Notes under the pieces: model-generated
Told to the model about the DNA's origin: nothing
The model's database searches: none
What the model saw: only the letters and a program-made list of their open reading frames with translations
Made by a program: the position numbers and the translations under genes
Part shown: in pieces, positions 41,545 through 50,654 of the stretch
Layout of the letters: every line of letters begins with the position of its first letter
Numbering within the stretch: the first letter of the stretch is position 1
Source: Desulfuromonadaceae bacterium
Lineage (GTDB): Bacteria > Desulfobacterota > Desulfuromonadia > Geobacterales > Pseudopelobacteraceae
Assembly: GCA_028683855.1 (NCBI GenBank)
Contig: JAQUHA010000019.1
Location: forward strand, 12,622-76,621
Length of the DNA stretch: 64,000 bases
Direction: 5' to 3'

Positions 41545-41582
41545 GATAAAAGAAAACCCCGCCGGTCACCCGACGGGGTTAT
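41545..41582 (-). terminator. rho-independent terminator after the CoA-transferase gene
   Basis: The minus strand reads AACCCCGTCGG-GTGA-CCGGCGGGGTT (11-bp stem including one G-U pair) followed by TTCTTTTAT, about 22 nt after the stop at 41603. Confidence 0.8.
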
Positions 41583-41602
41583 TATAAATCAGAAAATCAA
41601 TG

Positions 41603-43201
41603 TTAGTCTTCGCAGAGATCTACTTTCACATCCCAGTTTTTAAGTTTCATTGTACCGTTTTTCTCAAGGTTGAGGTGCATTTTGAAAGCGCGATCCCACA
41701 GTTGCGGCTCATGTCCAACCTTACGCTTGAGGCAGTCTGCCTCGGCAATGTTGAGGTATTCGGTAAGCTGTGCTTTGTAGTCTGGATGTGCGCATTTCTC
41801 GATGATTTTGCGAGCACGCTCTTTCGGTGCCAGACCACGCAGGTCAGCAAGACCCTGCTCGGTGATAACGCAGTCAAGATCGTGCTCGGTGTGATCTATA
41901 TGCGAGCAGTGCGGTACTACGCAGGAGATACCGGTCGGATCGGTCTTTGAAGGTCGTGAAGACGGAGTATGCATCATCTTCAGGAAGCCGTTACGGAGGA
42001 AGTCACCGGAACCGCCAAGACCGTTGATCATGCGTGTACCACCAACAAGAGTTGAGTTGGCGTGAGCATAGATATCTATCTCAACAGGGGTATTCATGGC
42101 GATACACCCTAAACGACGTATTGGCTCAGGTGCATTTGAGATTGAGAGAGGACGAAGTGTTATTTTGTCAAAATATTTGTCCATGTTGGCAAAAAATCTT
42201 GGGAAGCCCGGCTCTGCTGAAAGGGAAAGAGAGCAGGAAGATGCCGCATCCAGTTTGCCGGAGTCAAAGAGGTCAAGCATGGTGTCCTGAAGAACTTCAG
42301 TATAAACCGTAAGATTGCTGAAAGGGCCTTTTGCAAGACCACCAATAACAGCGTTGGCTATTGAACCAACTCCTGACTGGAGTGGAAGAAGATTTTTAGG
42401 GAGACGCCCCGCCTTCACTTCCTGTGTAAAAAATTCGATTACATGATTTGCAATCGCTTCAGAAGTATCATCCTGCTCGGCAAAAGCACGACCCTGATCA
42501 CGGAGTTTTGATTCAACTACTGCAATGACCTTGCTTGGATCGCATGGAATCGAAGTGGAACCGATTCTGGAATCAGCTTTTGTTATGTCGAAAACCTGAC
42601 GGTTTGGAGGAGTCAGAGGGGTTATAAGGTCGTGAATCCCTTCGAAAGAAGGTTGGCCGGTGTTCACCTCGATTATGATTCTGTCGCAAATCATAAGTAT
42701 TTCAGGGATAACACCACAGGAAGATGTAGGAACCAGACTGCCATCTTCTTTAATTGCTGAAACTTCGATAATAGCAAGATCAAGCTTTCCGCTTGGGGAA
42801 TCCTTGGTGTAAAAACCGTATCCCAAATCCTGTGCAAATAGTGAAAGGTGTTTGTCGCCCATACGAATGCGACCCTGGTTAATACCGGCAGCGATATTTT
42901 TACCGGTCTGGTATGGCCAGCGACGGTCAATCATATCGTTAATTGCCCAACGGTCTTCGGTTTCAGCTCCTACGGAAGCGCCGATGAACAGGTTGAATTT
43001 GAGTTTGCCCTGGAGGTTGTTTTTTTCTACGTGCTCAGCAAGAGCAATAGGTACTACTTTGGGGTAGCCGGCAGGGGTAAAGCCGGACCAGCCAAGGTTC
43101 ATGCCGTCTTTGAAAAAATCAATCGTTTGCTCAGGTGTCATCACTTTGTTTAAAAGTGATTTACATTGTACTCGATCCTGCAGTGTTCCGTAATCAGACA
43201 T
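41603..43201 (-). CDS. acetyl-CoA hydrolase/transferase family protein (Ach1 / succinyl:acetate CoA-transferase-like)
   Basis: 532 aa. N-terminus ...[33 protein letters not shown]... and ...[13 protein letters not shown]... are typical of the AcetylCoA_hydro/transferase family. Confidence 0.88.
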   Translation of the reverse strand: MSDYGTLQDRVQCKSLLNKVMTPEQTIDFFKDGMNLGWSGFTPAGYPKVVPIALAEHVEKNNLQGKLKFNLFIGASVGAETEDRWAINDMIDRRWPYQTGKNIAAGINQGRIRMGDKHLSLFAQDLGYGFYTKDSPSGKLDLAIIEVSAIKEDGSLVPTSSCGVIPEILMICDRIIIEVNTGQPSFEGIHDLITPLTPPNRQVFDITKADSRIGSTSIPCDPSKVIAVVESKLRDQGRAFAEQDDTSEAIANHVIEFFTQEVKAGRLPKNLLPLQSGVGSIANAVIGGLAKGPFSNLTVYTEVLQDTMLDLFDSGKLDAASSCSLSLSAEPGFPRFFANMDKYFDKITLRPLSISNAPEPIRRLGCIAMNTPVEIDIYAHANSTLVGGTRMINGLGGSGDFLRNGFLKMMHTPSSRPSKTDPTGISCVVPHCSHIDHTEHDLDCVITEQGLADLRGLAPKERARKIIEKCAHPDYKAQLTEYLNIAEADCLKRKVGHEPQLWDRAFKMHLNLEKNGTMKLKNWDVKVDLCED

Positions 43202-43407
43202 TTACTACCTCCAGTTTGTTTATTGTGTTTACAGGTTTATGTCCTGTGTTGAAAAGCTTGATTATTATCACCGCTCAAAAGAATAATATTATGCAAAATC
43301 AATATGTTATATCACACACAACAAGTCATCCACTAAATTAAAACCGGATTTTACGCATAGGACTATGTTTCGTCAAGATAAAAAGTATACGTGTATTATC
43401 CGGATTC

Positions 43408-43698
43408 CTAACTTTCATAATCTACCGCTACGATCGAAGAACAGACAGATTTCATGTAAGGTATTATCTCATTTGCGTGGTACGGATGAACCTGATATGC
43501 CTTGAGATCTTCGAGAGAATCGAAGCGGGTCGTAAGGGCTATATCGTAGGAGCGCTCAGATTTCACAACATCAACACCAGCTTCAAGGTGGCGCAACAGA
43601 TCAATTCTGCCATCCATGGTCAGAATTTTGTTTCTTGTTGCGGTAATATTTGCGTCCGTCGGATCAGCCAGTTTAAATAAAACGATATGAGTAATCAT
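43408..43698 (-). CDS. Dabb (stress-responsive A/B barrel) family protein
   Basis: 96 aa. MITHIVLFKLADPT...FDSLEDLKAYQVHPYH follows the canonical Dabb pattern. Confidence 0.8.
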   Translation of the reverse strand: MITHIVLFKLADPTDANITATRNKILTMDGRIDLLRHLEAGVDVVKSERSYDIALTTRFDSLEDLKAYQVHPYHANEIIPYMKSVCSSIVAVDYES

Positions 43699-43771
43699 TC
43701 AGAAGTTTCCCTTTCATCAGATAGCGGTTATCAAACAGTTGCAGTCTGTATACATCCAGTGAATTAAACTG

Positions 43772-44518
43772 TCAATGAGGCTTAGCGGCGTCAATGTTTA
43801 TATTTTTTCCAGCTGGTGTGAGTTGACGCAGAAAAGCCACATAAGCCCCTGCTCCACCCATTTCGCGAGGTGCCGGAGCAAATTCAAGAACGGTCGCTTT
43901 ACCTGCATCACGAAGCCAGGCGGCAACAGCCTGATGAAGCACAGGCTCTTCAGCAGAGTGTATCCCCTTGCCGGTAATTATCAAAACTGCTTTTTGCCCC
44001 TTCTGCTGTGCAGATTGTAGAAAAGGGGCGAGCGCCTCCAGAGCCTCTTCACGCGTCAGACCATGCAGGTCAAGCTGGTAATCCACTGACACAACACCAC
44101 GCCTTACCTGTCGGAGGCGATTCCCGGCAAGAGGCTGTAATTCATCCTCATCAGGAAGGTCGTCGCAGAATTTGGTGTCCATCTTAAGACGGCTGATCTC
44201 TTCTGCAAAAACAGCTGCTTCAATAACAGCCGCTCTTTCAGCACCCATTGCAACTTCTTTCTGTATTTTATGCAGCTGATTTTCTTCTGGCTTAATCTGT
44301 TTTTTCACCGACTTGCCGATTGGAGTTACATCAGCAAAAGCCTGAAGAAAAAGATTCATTCCGCACTCTGGCGACTCTTCAGTTTTAGTTACAACAGTTT
44401 TGACCGGCACATCAATGGCAGGTTCAGGTAGGACAACCCCTTTTAGTGAACTAAAAGGGGTTACTTGAAACTCTTTAGGCCTGGGGATGCTCGCAGGGCT
44501 CTTTTTTTTCTTTGCCAC
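43772..44518 (-). CDS. Smr-domain protein
   Basis: C-terminal Smr domain: LDLHGLTREEALEAL...AVLIITGKGIHS...VLHQAV..WL. Confidence 0.8.
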   Translation of the reverse strand: MAKKKKSPASIPRPKEFQVTPFSSLKGVVLPEPAIDVPVKTVVTKTEESPECGMNLFLQAFADVTPIGKSVKKQIKPEENQLHKIQKEVAMGAERAAVIEAAVFAEEISRLKMDTKFCDDLPDEDELQPLAGNRLRQVRRGVVSVDYQLDLHGLTREEALEALAPFLQSAQQKGQKAVLIITGKGIHSAEEPVLHQAVAAWLRDAGKATVLEFAPAPREMGGAGAYVAFLRQLTPAGKNINIDAAKPH

Positions 44519-44522
44519 CGCC

Positions 44523-45365
44523 TCAGTCCTTCGCTACCAGAGTTATTTCTATGCGGCGATTACCGGCTCGTCCCTCTTTTGTTGAGTTGTCCGCAACCGG
44601 TTTGTGTTCGGCAAACGCCGTCGCCGATAAATTGGCAGGATCAATTCCCTGCTGCTGTAGAAATTTTGCAACATTGATAGCCCGTGCAGCTGAAAGCTCC
44701 CAGTTTGTGGGAAATGTACGTATCAAAACACCTGATATCTGAATATTATCAGTATGACCTTCAATCCGGATTGCCTTATCAGTCACGTTTTTAAGAGTCT
44801 CCACCATTTTATCAAGGATTTCAAAACCTTCCTCTTTTATATCTGCTTTTCCGGAGTCAAAAAGGATTGCAGCCTCCATATTAACCGTCAACTTACCTTT
44901 CAGTTCCGATATTGTAACCTGCCCCTTGGCTATCTCATTTTTCATGTTGGAAAGAAGCTTCTCATAAGTACCGCTAAGCTCTTTAACCTTCTCTTCTTTT
45001 GCCTTCTGAAGCTCCGCAATATCATCAGCCAGACGCTTGTTTTCCACTCTCATATCAGCTACCTGCTGACGCAGCTCGGCAATGTTCTTTGACAAAGTAT
45101 CCGACTTAGCTCTGAGTATATTCTCCAGCTGTTTTTTATCATCAGAAAGAATCGCTGTATCTTCTGTTAAGCGTTTAAATCGATTCTGCAGATCTGCATT
45201 CTCGGAAGAGAGTTTTTTGTAAGTCTGCTGCAGTGTAGCAAGGTCTTTGGATAAAGCATCAGCCTCTTCAACCTTTTTCAGGTATCTGCTTTCAGCTACA
45301 AGACAGCCGCTGGCAGAGAGCATAAATAAGCCACAGCAAAGAAAAACAAACAGACGTCTACACAT
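44523..45365 (-). CDS. OmpA/MotB-domain lipoprotein with a long coiled coil
   Basis: From the ATG at 45365: MCRRLFVFLCCGLFMLSASGC (lipobox). About 130 aa of heptad-like coiled coil. OmpA-like peptidoglycan-binding domain (IEGHTDN...NWELSAARAINVAKFL...GRAGNRRIEI). Confidence 0.85.
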   Translation of the reverse strand: MCRRLFVFLCCGLFMLSASGCLVAESRYLKKVEEADALSKDLATLQQTYKKLSSENADLQNRFKRLTEDTAILSDDKKQLENILRAKSDTLSKNIAELRQQVADMRVENKRLADDIAELQKAKEEKVKELSGTYEKLLSNMKNEIAKGQVTISELKGKLTVNMEAAILFDSGKADIKEEGFEILDKMVETLKNVTDKAIRIEGHTDNIQISGVLIRTFPTNWELSAARAINVAKFLQQQGIDPANLSATAFAEHKPVADNSTKEGRAGNRRIEITLVAKD

Positions 45366-45555
45366 TTGATCAAACCCCCATCGAATTATTATGGCTGCAA
45401 CTTGTAGCACAAAAACATTATTTTCGTAATAACGAAATATGAGGCTCTATTACTTCTCTCTGCAGACAGAACCTGCCGTAAACTTGACATATAGCACCTT
45501 TACGTCTACAAGAAACCGGATAATTTATGTTTATATCTATTGTAACGGAGTATCG

Positions 45556-46335
45556 ATGAAATTCAGAATTTCATTTGTAGGAGCGGGACCCGGAGCTACT
45601 GACCTGATTACTGTGCGTGGCTCACGCCTCCTTGGCAAAGCTGATGTTGTCATATATGCAGGCAGCCTGGTAGATAGAAAACTTGTACAGTTATATGCAG
45701 CCAAAGCAGATATTTATGATTCTGCAGGCATGACTCTTACAGAAGTTATCACCCTTATGGTTACTACCGTAGAGGCAGGAGGCACTGTTGTTAGACTGCA
45801 TACCGGCGATCCATCAATATATGGCGCAATCCAGGAACAGATGGAGGAGCTTGACCACCTCGGAATAGAGTATCAGGTCGTTCCCGGAGTAACCAGCGCC
45901 TTTGCCGCCGCAGCCGCTCTCAAACAGGAGCTTACGCTGCCGGAACTGACCCAGACCGTAATTTTCACCCGCATTGAGGGGCGCACTCCGGTCCCGGAAC
46001 GGGAAAAATTGAGCAAAATAGCCATGATCGGCGCAACTATGGTTATATATCTCTCGGTTGGGATGGCGGATAAAGTTGTCGAGCAGCTGTTGCAGGGTGC
46101 CTACACACCTGAAACTTCTGCCGCAGTTGTATGCAGAGCCTCCTGGGACGATGAAGAGATAATTCAGTGTAAACTTTCTGATCTTGCCGAAAAGGTTAAA
46201 CTGGCTGGTATTGACCGCCATGCACTGATAGTTGTAGGTGACGTTCTTGCCGCCAGGCGTGAAGGTCTTAAAGCAAAATCGCTTCTTTACGACAGTGAAT
46301 TTTCACACGGATTCAGAGAGGGCAAAGTAGTTTAG
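45556..46335 (+). CDS. cbiF: (cobalt-)precorrin-4 C11-methyltransferase
   Basis: MKFRISFVGAGPGATDLITVRG...VVRLHTGDPSIYGA... is a tetrapyrrole methylase. ATG at 45556 with GGAG upstream; the track start at 45439 adds a non-coding-looking extension. Confidence 0.88.
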   Translation: MKFRISFVGAGPGATDLITVRGSRLLGKADVVIYAGSLVDRKLVQLYAAKADIYDSAGMTLTEVITLMVTTVEAGGTVVRLHTGDPSIYGAIQEQMEELDHLGIEYQVVPGVTSAFAAAAALKQELTLPELTQTVIFTRIEGRTPVPEREKLSKIAMIGATMVIYLSVGMADKVVEQLLQGAYTPETSAAVVCRASWDDEEIIQCKLSDLAEKVKLAGIDRHALIVVGDVLAARREGLKAKSLLYDSEFSHGFREGKVV

Positions 46336-47412
46336 ATGCGATTAGCAGTTATTGCGATAACCGGAAACGGTGCAGAACTGGCAAGAACAGTGAGCAATTT
46401 TTTTGAAGGTGCAGAGCTTTTTGTTTCAAACCGTTATGCGTCATATTCAAGCTCACCGGAAAATATTTTTGAACCAAAGGAGTTGAGAAATCTGCTCAGC
46501 TCAATATGGAAAGCTTATGACGGTTTCATATTTATAATGGCAACAGGTATTGTTGTTAGAATGATAGCAAAATTAATGGAATCCAAATCGTCAGACCCTG
46601 CGGTAGTTGTTATGGATGAAGCCGGAAAATTTGCAATTTCGCTTCTGTCGGGACATCTTGGGGGGGCGAACACTCTGGCGCAACTATGTGCCTCCGCAAC
46701 AGGGGGGGAGGCTGTCATTACCACGGCTACAGATGTAAATAACCTCCCATCCTTTGATCTCCTTGCAAAAGAACATGGCTGGCTGATTGACGATATCAGC
46801 CGCATCAAAATCCTCAACTCTCTCCTTCTTGATAAAAAAGAAATCGCTGTTGTTGACACGAGCGGGCAAACCTCTGGATGGTTGAACGGAAGAGGAGATA
46901 TAAACTTCTACGATACTTTTGCTGAAGCACTCCGCTCTGGAGCTGCCGGGTTTCTGTTTGTTACTAACAGAGAGCTGTTGCCGGAAGAGCTGCGTGACAA
47001 CCTGCTCATTCTACGCCCACGCAATCTGGTGTTAGGCATCGGTTGCAATCGCGGCACAACATCTCACGAGTTGGAAGCATTTCTGCTGCACCATCTCGGA
47101 CACCTTTCCCTCTCCGCAAAAAGCGTTGCCTGTCTGGCAACCATCGCAGCCAAGAGTGATGAAGTCGGACTGATTGAACTGTCAGAACGTCTTGCAGTTC
47201 CGCTCCATTGCTTTGAGGCAGACGAACTGAATAAAATCAATTGTCCTTCCCCCCCCTCAGATCATGCTTTTGCCGCTGTAGGCGCTACCGGGGTTGCAGA
47301 ACCATCCGCCATCCTCGCGTCAAACGGCGGGAAACTACTGTTGAAAAAAGTGAAAAACGCAAATGTAACTCTGGCAGTTGCAGAAATTGAGGAAAAATGG
47401 GTATCGAAATGA
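46336..47412 (+). CDS. cbiG: cobalt-precorrin-5A hydrolase
   Basis: 358 aa with two-domain CbiG-like organisation (N-terminal ...IAITGNGAELA..., C-terminal ...LGIGCNRGT...). The ATG directly follows the cbiF stop. Confidence 0.8.
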   Translation: MRLAVIAITGNGAELARTVSNFFEGAELFVSNRYASYSSSPENIFEPKELRNLLSSIWKAYDGFIFIMATGIVVRMIAKLMESKSSDPAVVVMDEAGKFAISLLSGHLGGANTLAQLCASATGGEAVITTATDVNNLPSFDLLAKEHGWLIDDISRIKILNSLLLDKKEIAVVDTSGQTSGWLNGRGDINFYDTFAEALRSGAAGFLFVTNRELLPEELRDNLLILRPRNLVLGIGCNRGTTSHELEAFLLHHLGHLSLSAKSVACLATIAAKSDEVGLIELSERLAVPLHCFEADELNKINCPSPPSDHAFAAVGATGVAEPSAILASNGGKLLLKKVKNANVTLAVAEIEEKWVSK

Positions 47413-48398
47413 AACCAATCATAGCAATAACAATGGGAGACCCATCCGGAGTCGGACCAGAAATAATCATAAAAGCAATCAGTTCCGGAGAAACTGCAGA
47501 CAACTGTACTCCGTTCGTGATTGGCGACAAACCGGCTATGGAGAGGGCTGTTTCTATCTGCAACTCACCCCTGAAAATCGCTTTAATAACTGAACCTAGA
47601 GAAGCTCAAACCCTTCCTGCCGGCATACTCCCGCTGCTTGCACTGTCAGACCTTACAGCATCGGACATTGTATATGGAGCGCCGTCTGCCGCCGCCGGTG
47701 ATGCAGTTTACCAATATATCTGTCACGCAGCCAAACTCTGCCTTTCCGGTAAAGTTGCCGCAATGGTAACCGCTCCGATAAATAAAGAGGCTATGCACAG
47801 AGCCGGTCACGACTACCCTGGCCATACGGAACTATTGGCGGATCTCTGCGGTACGGACGATTTTGTTATGATGCTGGCAGGCGATATTCTTCGAGTGGGT
47901 CTTGTTACGATTCACGAGGCGATTGAAGATATACCGAGGCTTGTGACTTTTGAGCAGGTTCTTAAAACCATTAGAATCACCGCTAAAGCAGTTAATCGAC
48001 TTACCGGGAAAAAAGATGCTGAAATTGCGGTGTTGGCCCTCAACCCGCACTGCGGCGAAGGGGGTAAATTCGGAAATCAGGATACTGATATAATCGAACC
48101 GGCGATAAAAGCTGCCCGGAACGAGGGTATTAATGCAGTTGGTCCACTCTCGGCTGACACTCTCTTTTACTTTGCGGCAAAAGGTAATTATGACGGCGTA
48201 GTAGCCATGTATCACGATCAGGGGCTTATTCCGTTAAAAATGCTGCACTTTGACGATGCTGTAAACATTACGCTCGGACTCCCGATAATCCGCACCTCTG
48301 TAGACCACGGCACCGCATACAATCTTGCAGGAACAGGAACAGCATCCGAAAAGAGCCTTGTTGCCGCCGTCAGAATGGCGGTAGGAATGATACAGTAA
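47397..48398 (+). CDS. pdxA: 4-hydroxythreonine-4-phosphate dehydrogenase family (PdxA-like)
   Basis: IAITMGDPSGVGPEI, GHTELLA, MYHDQGLIPLK and SVDHGTA motifs. Start at 47397 (GAGGA Shine-Dalgarno) or 47409 (ATGA overlap with the cbiG stop). Confidence 0.85.
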   Translation: MGIEMKPIIAITMGDPSGVGPEIIIKAISSGETADNCTPFVIGDKPAMERAVSICNSPLKIALITEPREAQTLPAGILPLLALSDLTASDIVYGAPSAAAGDAVYQYICHAAKLCLSGKVAAMVTAPINKEAMHRAGHDYPGHTELLADLCGTDDFVMMLAGDILRVGLVTIHEAIEDIPRLVTFEQVLKTIRITAKAVNRLTGKKDAEIAVLALNPHCGEGGKFGNQDTDIIEPAIKAARNEGINAVGPLSADTLFYFAAKGNYDGVVAMYHDQGLIPLKMLHFDDAVNITLGLPIIRTSVDHGTAYNLAGTGTASEKSLVAAVRMAVGMIQ

Positions 48399-48487
48399 AT
48401 TTTGTTTTTTTACTGGAAAGATAAGCAATTAATACTTATAGTGTGCCAATCTGAGCTTAAAGCGGTACTAATATAAAGGAGTTTTTT

Positions 48488-49336
48488 ATGAAAAAGTTAT
48501 GTTTCCTGCTGATCTTTATTCTCGCCTGCGCAGTTTCTGCTTTTGCGGCATCTTCCTATGATAAGGATATAGTTATTCTGGATCAGAGCAGAAACGACAA
48601 GGTCACAGCTGTTTTTAAAGAGATGATTGATTCCTACAGAGAAAAGGATGTGAGAGGTTTTTTTGAGCATATATCTGAGGATCGTTTTATACAGGATTAC
48701 ATGACATTTCATGAAGCTATCTTACTTGATATGAGGATGCAGGATATCCTGAGCGTCGATACCTGGATAAATAAAATTACTACTGACGGCATTAAACGCT
48801 ACCTTTATGTACGATGGGAAAAGAGGTATGAAGACACTGATTCAGACAAAGAGATCAGGCAACTGGGTTCTTCAAGGTTTCTTTTTGATGAAATTGATGG
48901 TGAATATAAGCTTGTTGAGATTGCCGGAAACCACTTTTGGGGAGGAAGCCTCCCTGAATGGAAAGCCGAAGTTCCTCCAATCTCTGGTCAGGAAAAAGAG
49001 ACCACAGTAAATGCAGCTGGCTTGAATATTCCACCTACTGCCAACGCGGGGACGAATCAGCGGGTTGTTACCGGCTCTGTTGTAACTCTGGATGGTAGCG
49101 GCAGCAGCGATGCAAACGGCGATACACTAACTTATACTTGGAGCGTATCATCCAAGCCTGTCGGAAGCACAGTGGCGCTCTCAAGTAAATCAGCCGTAAC
49201 TCCTTCATTTACAACTAATTCCGTTGGTACTTATATTTTCAATTTGATAGTTAATGATGGGAAAGTTAATAGCACCATATCTACTGTCAAGGTAGTGGTA
49301 ATCGCAAATAGCGGTTCTATTTCGGTTGGTTGGTAA
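48488..49336 (+). CDS. secreted protein: NTF2-like N-domain plus one PKD/Ig-like domain
   Basis: Signal peptide MKKLCFLLIFILACAVSAFA. C-terminal ANAGTNQRVVTGSVVTLDGSGSSDANGDTLTYTWSV...GTYIFNLIVNDG is a PKD-type repeat. AAAGGAG Shine-Dalgarno. Confidence 0.75.
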   Translation: MKKLCFLLIFILACAVSAFAASSYDKDIVILDQSRNDKVTAVFKEMIDSYREKDVRGFFEHISEDRFIQDYMTFHEAILLDMRMQDILSVDTWINKITTDGIKRYLYVRWEKRYEDTDSDKEIRQLGSSRFLFDEIDGEYKLVEIAGNHFWGGSLPEWKAEVPPISGQEKETTVNAAGLNIPPTANAGTNQRVVTGSVVTLDGSGSSDANGDTLTYTWSVSSKPVGSTVALSSKSAVTPSFTTNSVGTYIFNLIVNDGKVNSTISTVKVVVIANSGSISVGW

Positions 49337-49347
49337 GGGAGAGACTA

Positions 49348-50643
49348 ATGAAATCAGGATATTTATTTACATTGGGCTTCCTGTTAGCAACGATGCTGAC
49401 ATTATTTACGGGATGCGGCTCAAATAGCGCAGCAACTAACACATCAAAAAGTAACGGCACAGGCTCGATAACCGCCAAACTGATATGGTCTGACGACAGC
49501 TCAATATCAGAAACCAAATCTACGGCTAAAGCAGCTGACGGTGTCGTTACTGTCAGGATTATTGTCTCTGGCACGGGCTTTTCAGATATACAGAAAGATT
49601 TCCCTGCCGTAGATACTGGCGGTGTTATCGATGAGGTGCCTGCCGGTGGCGGACGTACCCTAAAGGCACATGGGCTTAACTCAAACGGCGTTGTCATATA
49701 CCAAGGGGAAATTAGCAACATTACCGTTCAAGCCGGTAAGCTTACAGATATTGGGGTTATTGAAATGCTTTCAGTCAATGTTGCTCCGATGGCAAATGCA
49801 GGGGCAAATCAGAGTGTAATTTCAGGAAGCATTGTAACGCTCAACGGAAGCGGGAGCAGCGACGCGAATGGTGATTTGCTGACATATAGCTGGACTTTCT
49901 CCTCTAAGCCAGCAGGGAGCAGCACTGTTCTCTCAGCTACAGCTGTTGCGAATCCAACATTTACAGCCGATGTTACAGGCACATATATTTTGGCGTTGGT
50001 GGTTAACGACGGGACTGCAAACAGCTCTGCTGCCTCAGTTACAGTTACCGCGTCAGACGCCAACGCTGCTCCGGTGGCAAATGCAGGGGCAAATCAGAGT
50101 GTAATTTCAGGAAGCATTGTAACGCTCAACGGAAGCGGGAGCAGCGACGCGAATGGTGATTTGCTGACTTATAGCTGGGGTTTCACATCTAAACCTGTAG
50201 GAAGCAGCGCGACTCTCTCAGCTACAGCAGCCTTGAATCCCACCTTTACTGCGGATTTAGCTGGAAATTATGTTTTAAGTCTGGTGGTCAACGATGGGTC
50301 TTTAAATAGTGCAGCGGCTTCAGTCACCATTACAGCAACTATTGGCTATCCTGATCTGATTATCAGTAATATAGAATGTCCAATGTTTGGCGGTGCAATG
50401 CCAATCTCGTTCGATATTGTAAATACAGGATCTGTCACAGCATTGGGACCAATTGAATACGTCCCTTCTTGGAAGTATCTGTCAACTGACGTAAAAACAT
50501 ATATCGGCAATATCCCTGCAGATAGCTCAATTCACATTGAAACGCTTTCGGACTGCTATCCTGCTGACAATAATTCTGTCGTAGTCGATCCCAACAATCT
50601 CATAACAGAGTCAGACGAGACCAATAATTCAACCGGATTTTAA
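49348..50643 (+). CDS. lipoprotein: Ig-like domain, two PKD-like repeats and a C-terminal CARDB-like domain
   Basis: Lipobox LFTGC. Two copies of ANAGANQSVISGSIVTLNGSGSSDANGDLLTYSW. The C-terminus (PDLIISNIECP...VNTGSV...VVVDPNNLITESDETNNS) resembles CARDB. ATG at 49348 with GGGAG upstream. Confidence 0.75.
   Translation: MKSGYLFTLGFLLATMLTLFTGCGSNSAATNTSKSNGTGSITAKLIWSDDSSISETKSTAKAADGVVTVRIIVSGTGFSDIQKDFPAVDTGGVIDEVPAGGGRTLKAHGLNSNGVVIYQGEISNITVQAGKLTDIGVIEMLSVNVAPMANAGANQSVISGSIVTLNGSGSSDANGDLLTYSWTFSSKPAGSSTVLSATAVANPTFTADVTGTYILALVVNDGTANSSAASVTVTASDANAAPVANAGANQSVISGSIVTLNGSGSSDANGDLLTYSWGFTSKPVGSSATLSATAALNPTFTADLAGNYVLSLVVNDGSLNSAAASVTITATIGYPDLIISNIECPMFGGAMPISFDIVNTGSVTALGPIEYVPSWKYLSTDVKTYIGNIPADSSIHIETLSDCYPADNNSVVVDPNNLITESDETNNSTGF
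49782..50351 (+). repeat. tandem 285-bp (95-codon) PKD-module duplication with a nearly identical 5' segment
   Basis: 49790-49883 is identical to 50075-50168 (94 bp), flanked by single mismatches at 49789/50074 and 49884/50169. The rest of each unit has clearly diverged. Confidence 0.9.
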
Positions 50644-50654
50644 CAAGGAGTTAT

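Noticed and set aside
45411-45555. Possible cobalamin riboswitch upstream of cbiF, and the track's extended cbiF start at 45439.
   Set aside because: The region is only about 145 nt, is AT-rich and has no B12-box-like GCCACTG/AGYCMGG element. The extension (MRLYYFSLQTEPAV...IYVYIYCNGVS) looks non-coding, and a GGAG precedes the ATG at 45556. A 6-bp palindrome, TTTCGT-AATA-ACGAAA, is present but too small to interpret.
49782-50351. Diversity-generating retroelement (template/variable repeat pair) as an explanation for the near-identical PKD repeats.
   Set aside because: There is no reverse transcriptase or accessory gene nearby. The differences between the copies are not confined to adenine positions. 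Both copies are in-frame domains of the same protein.
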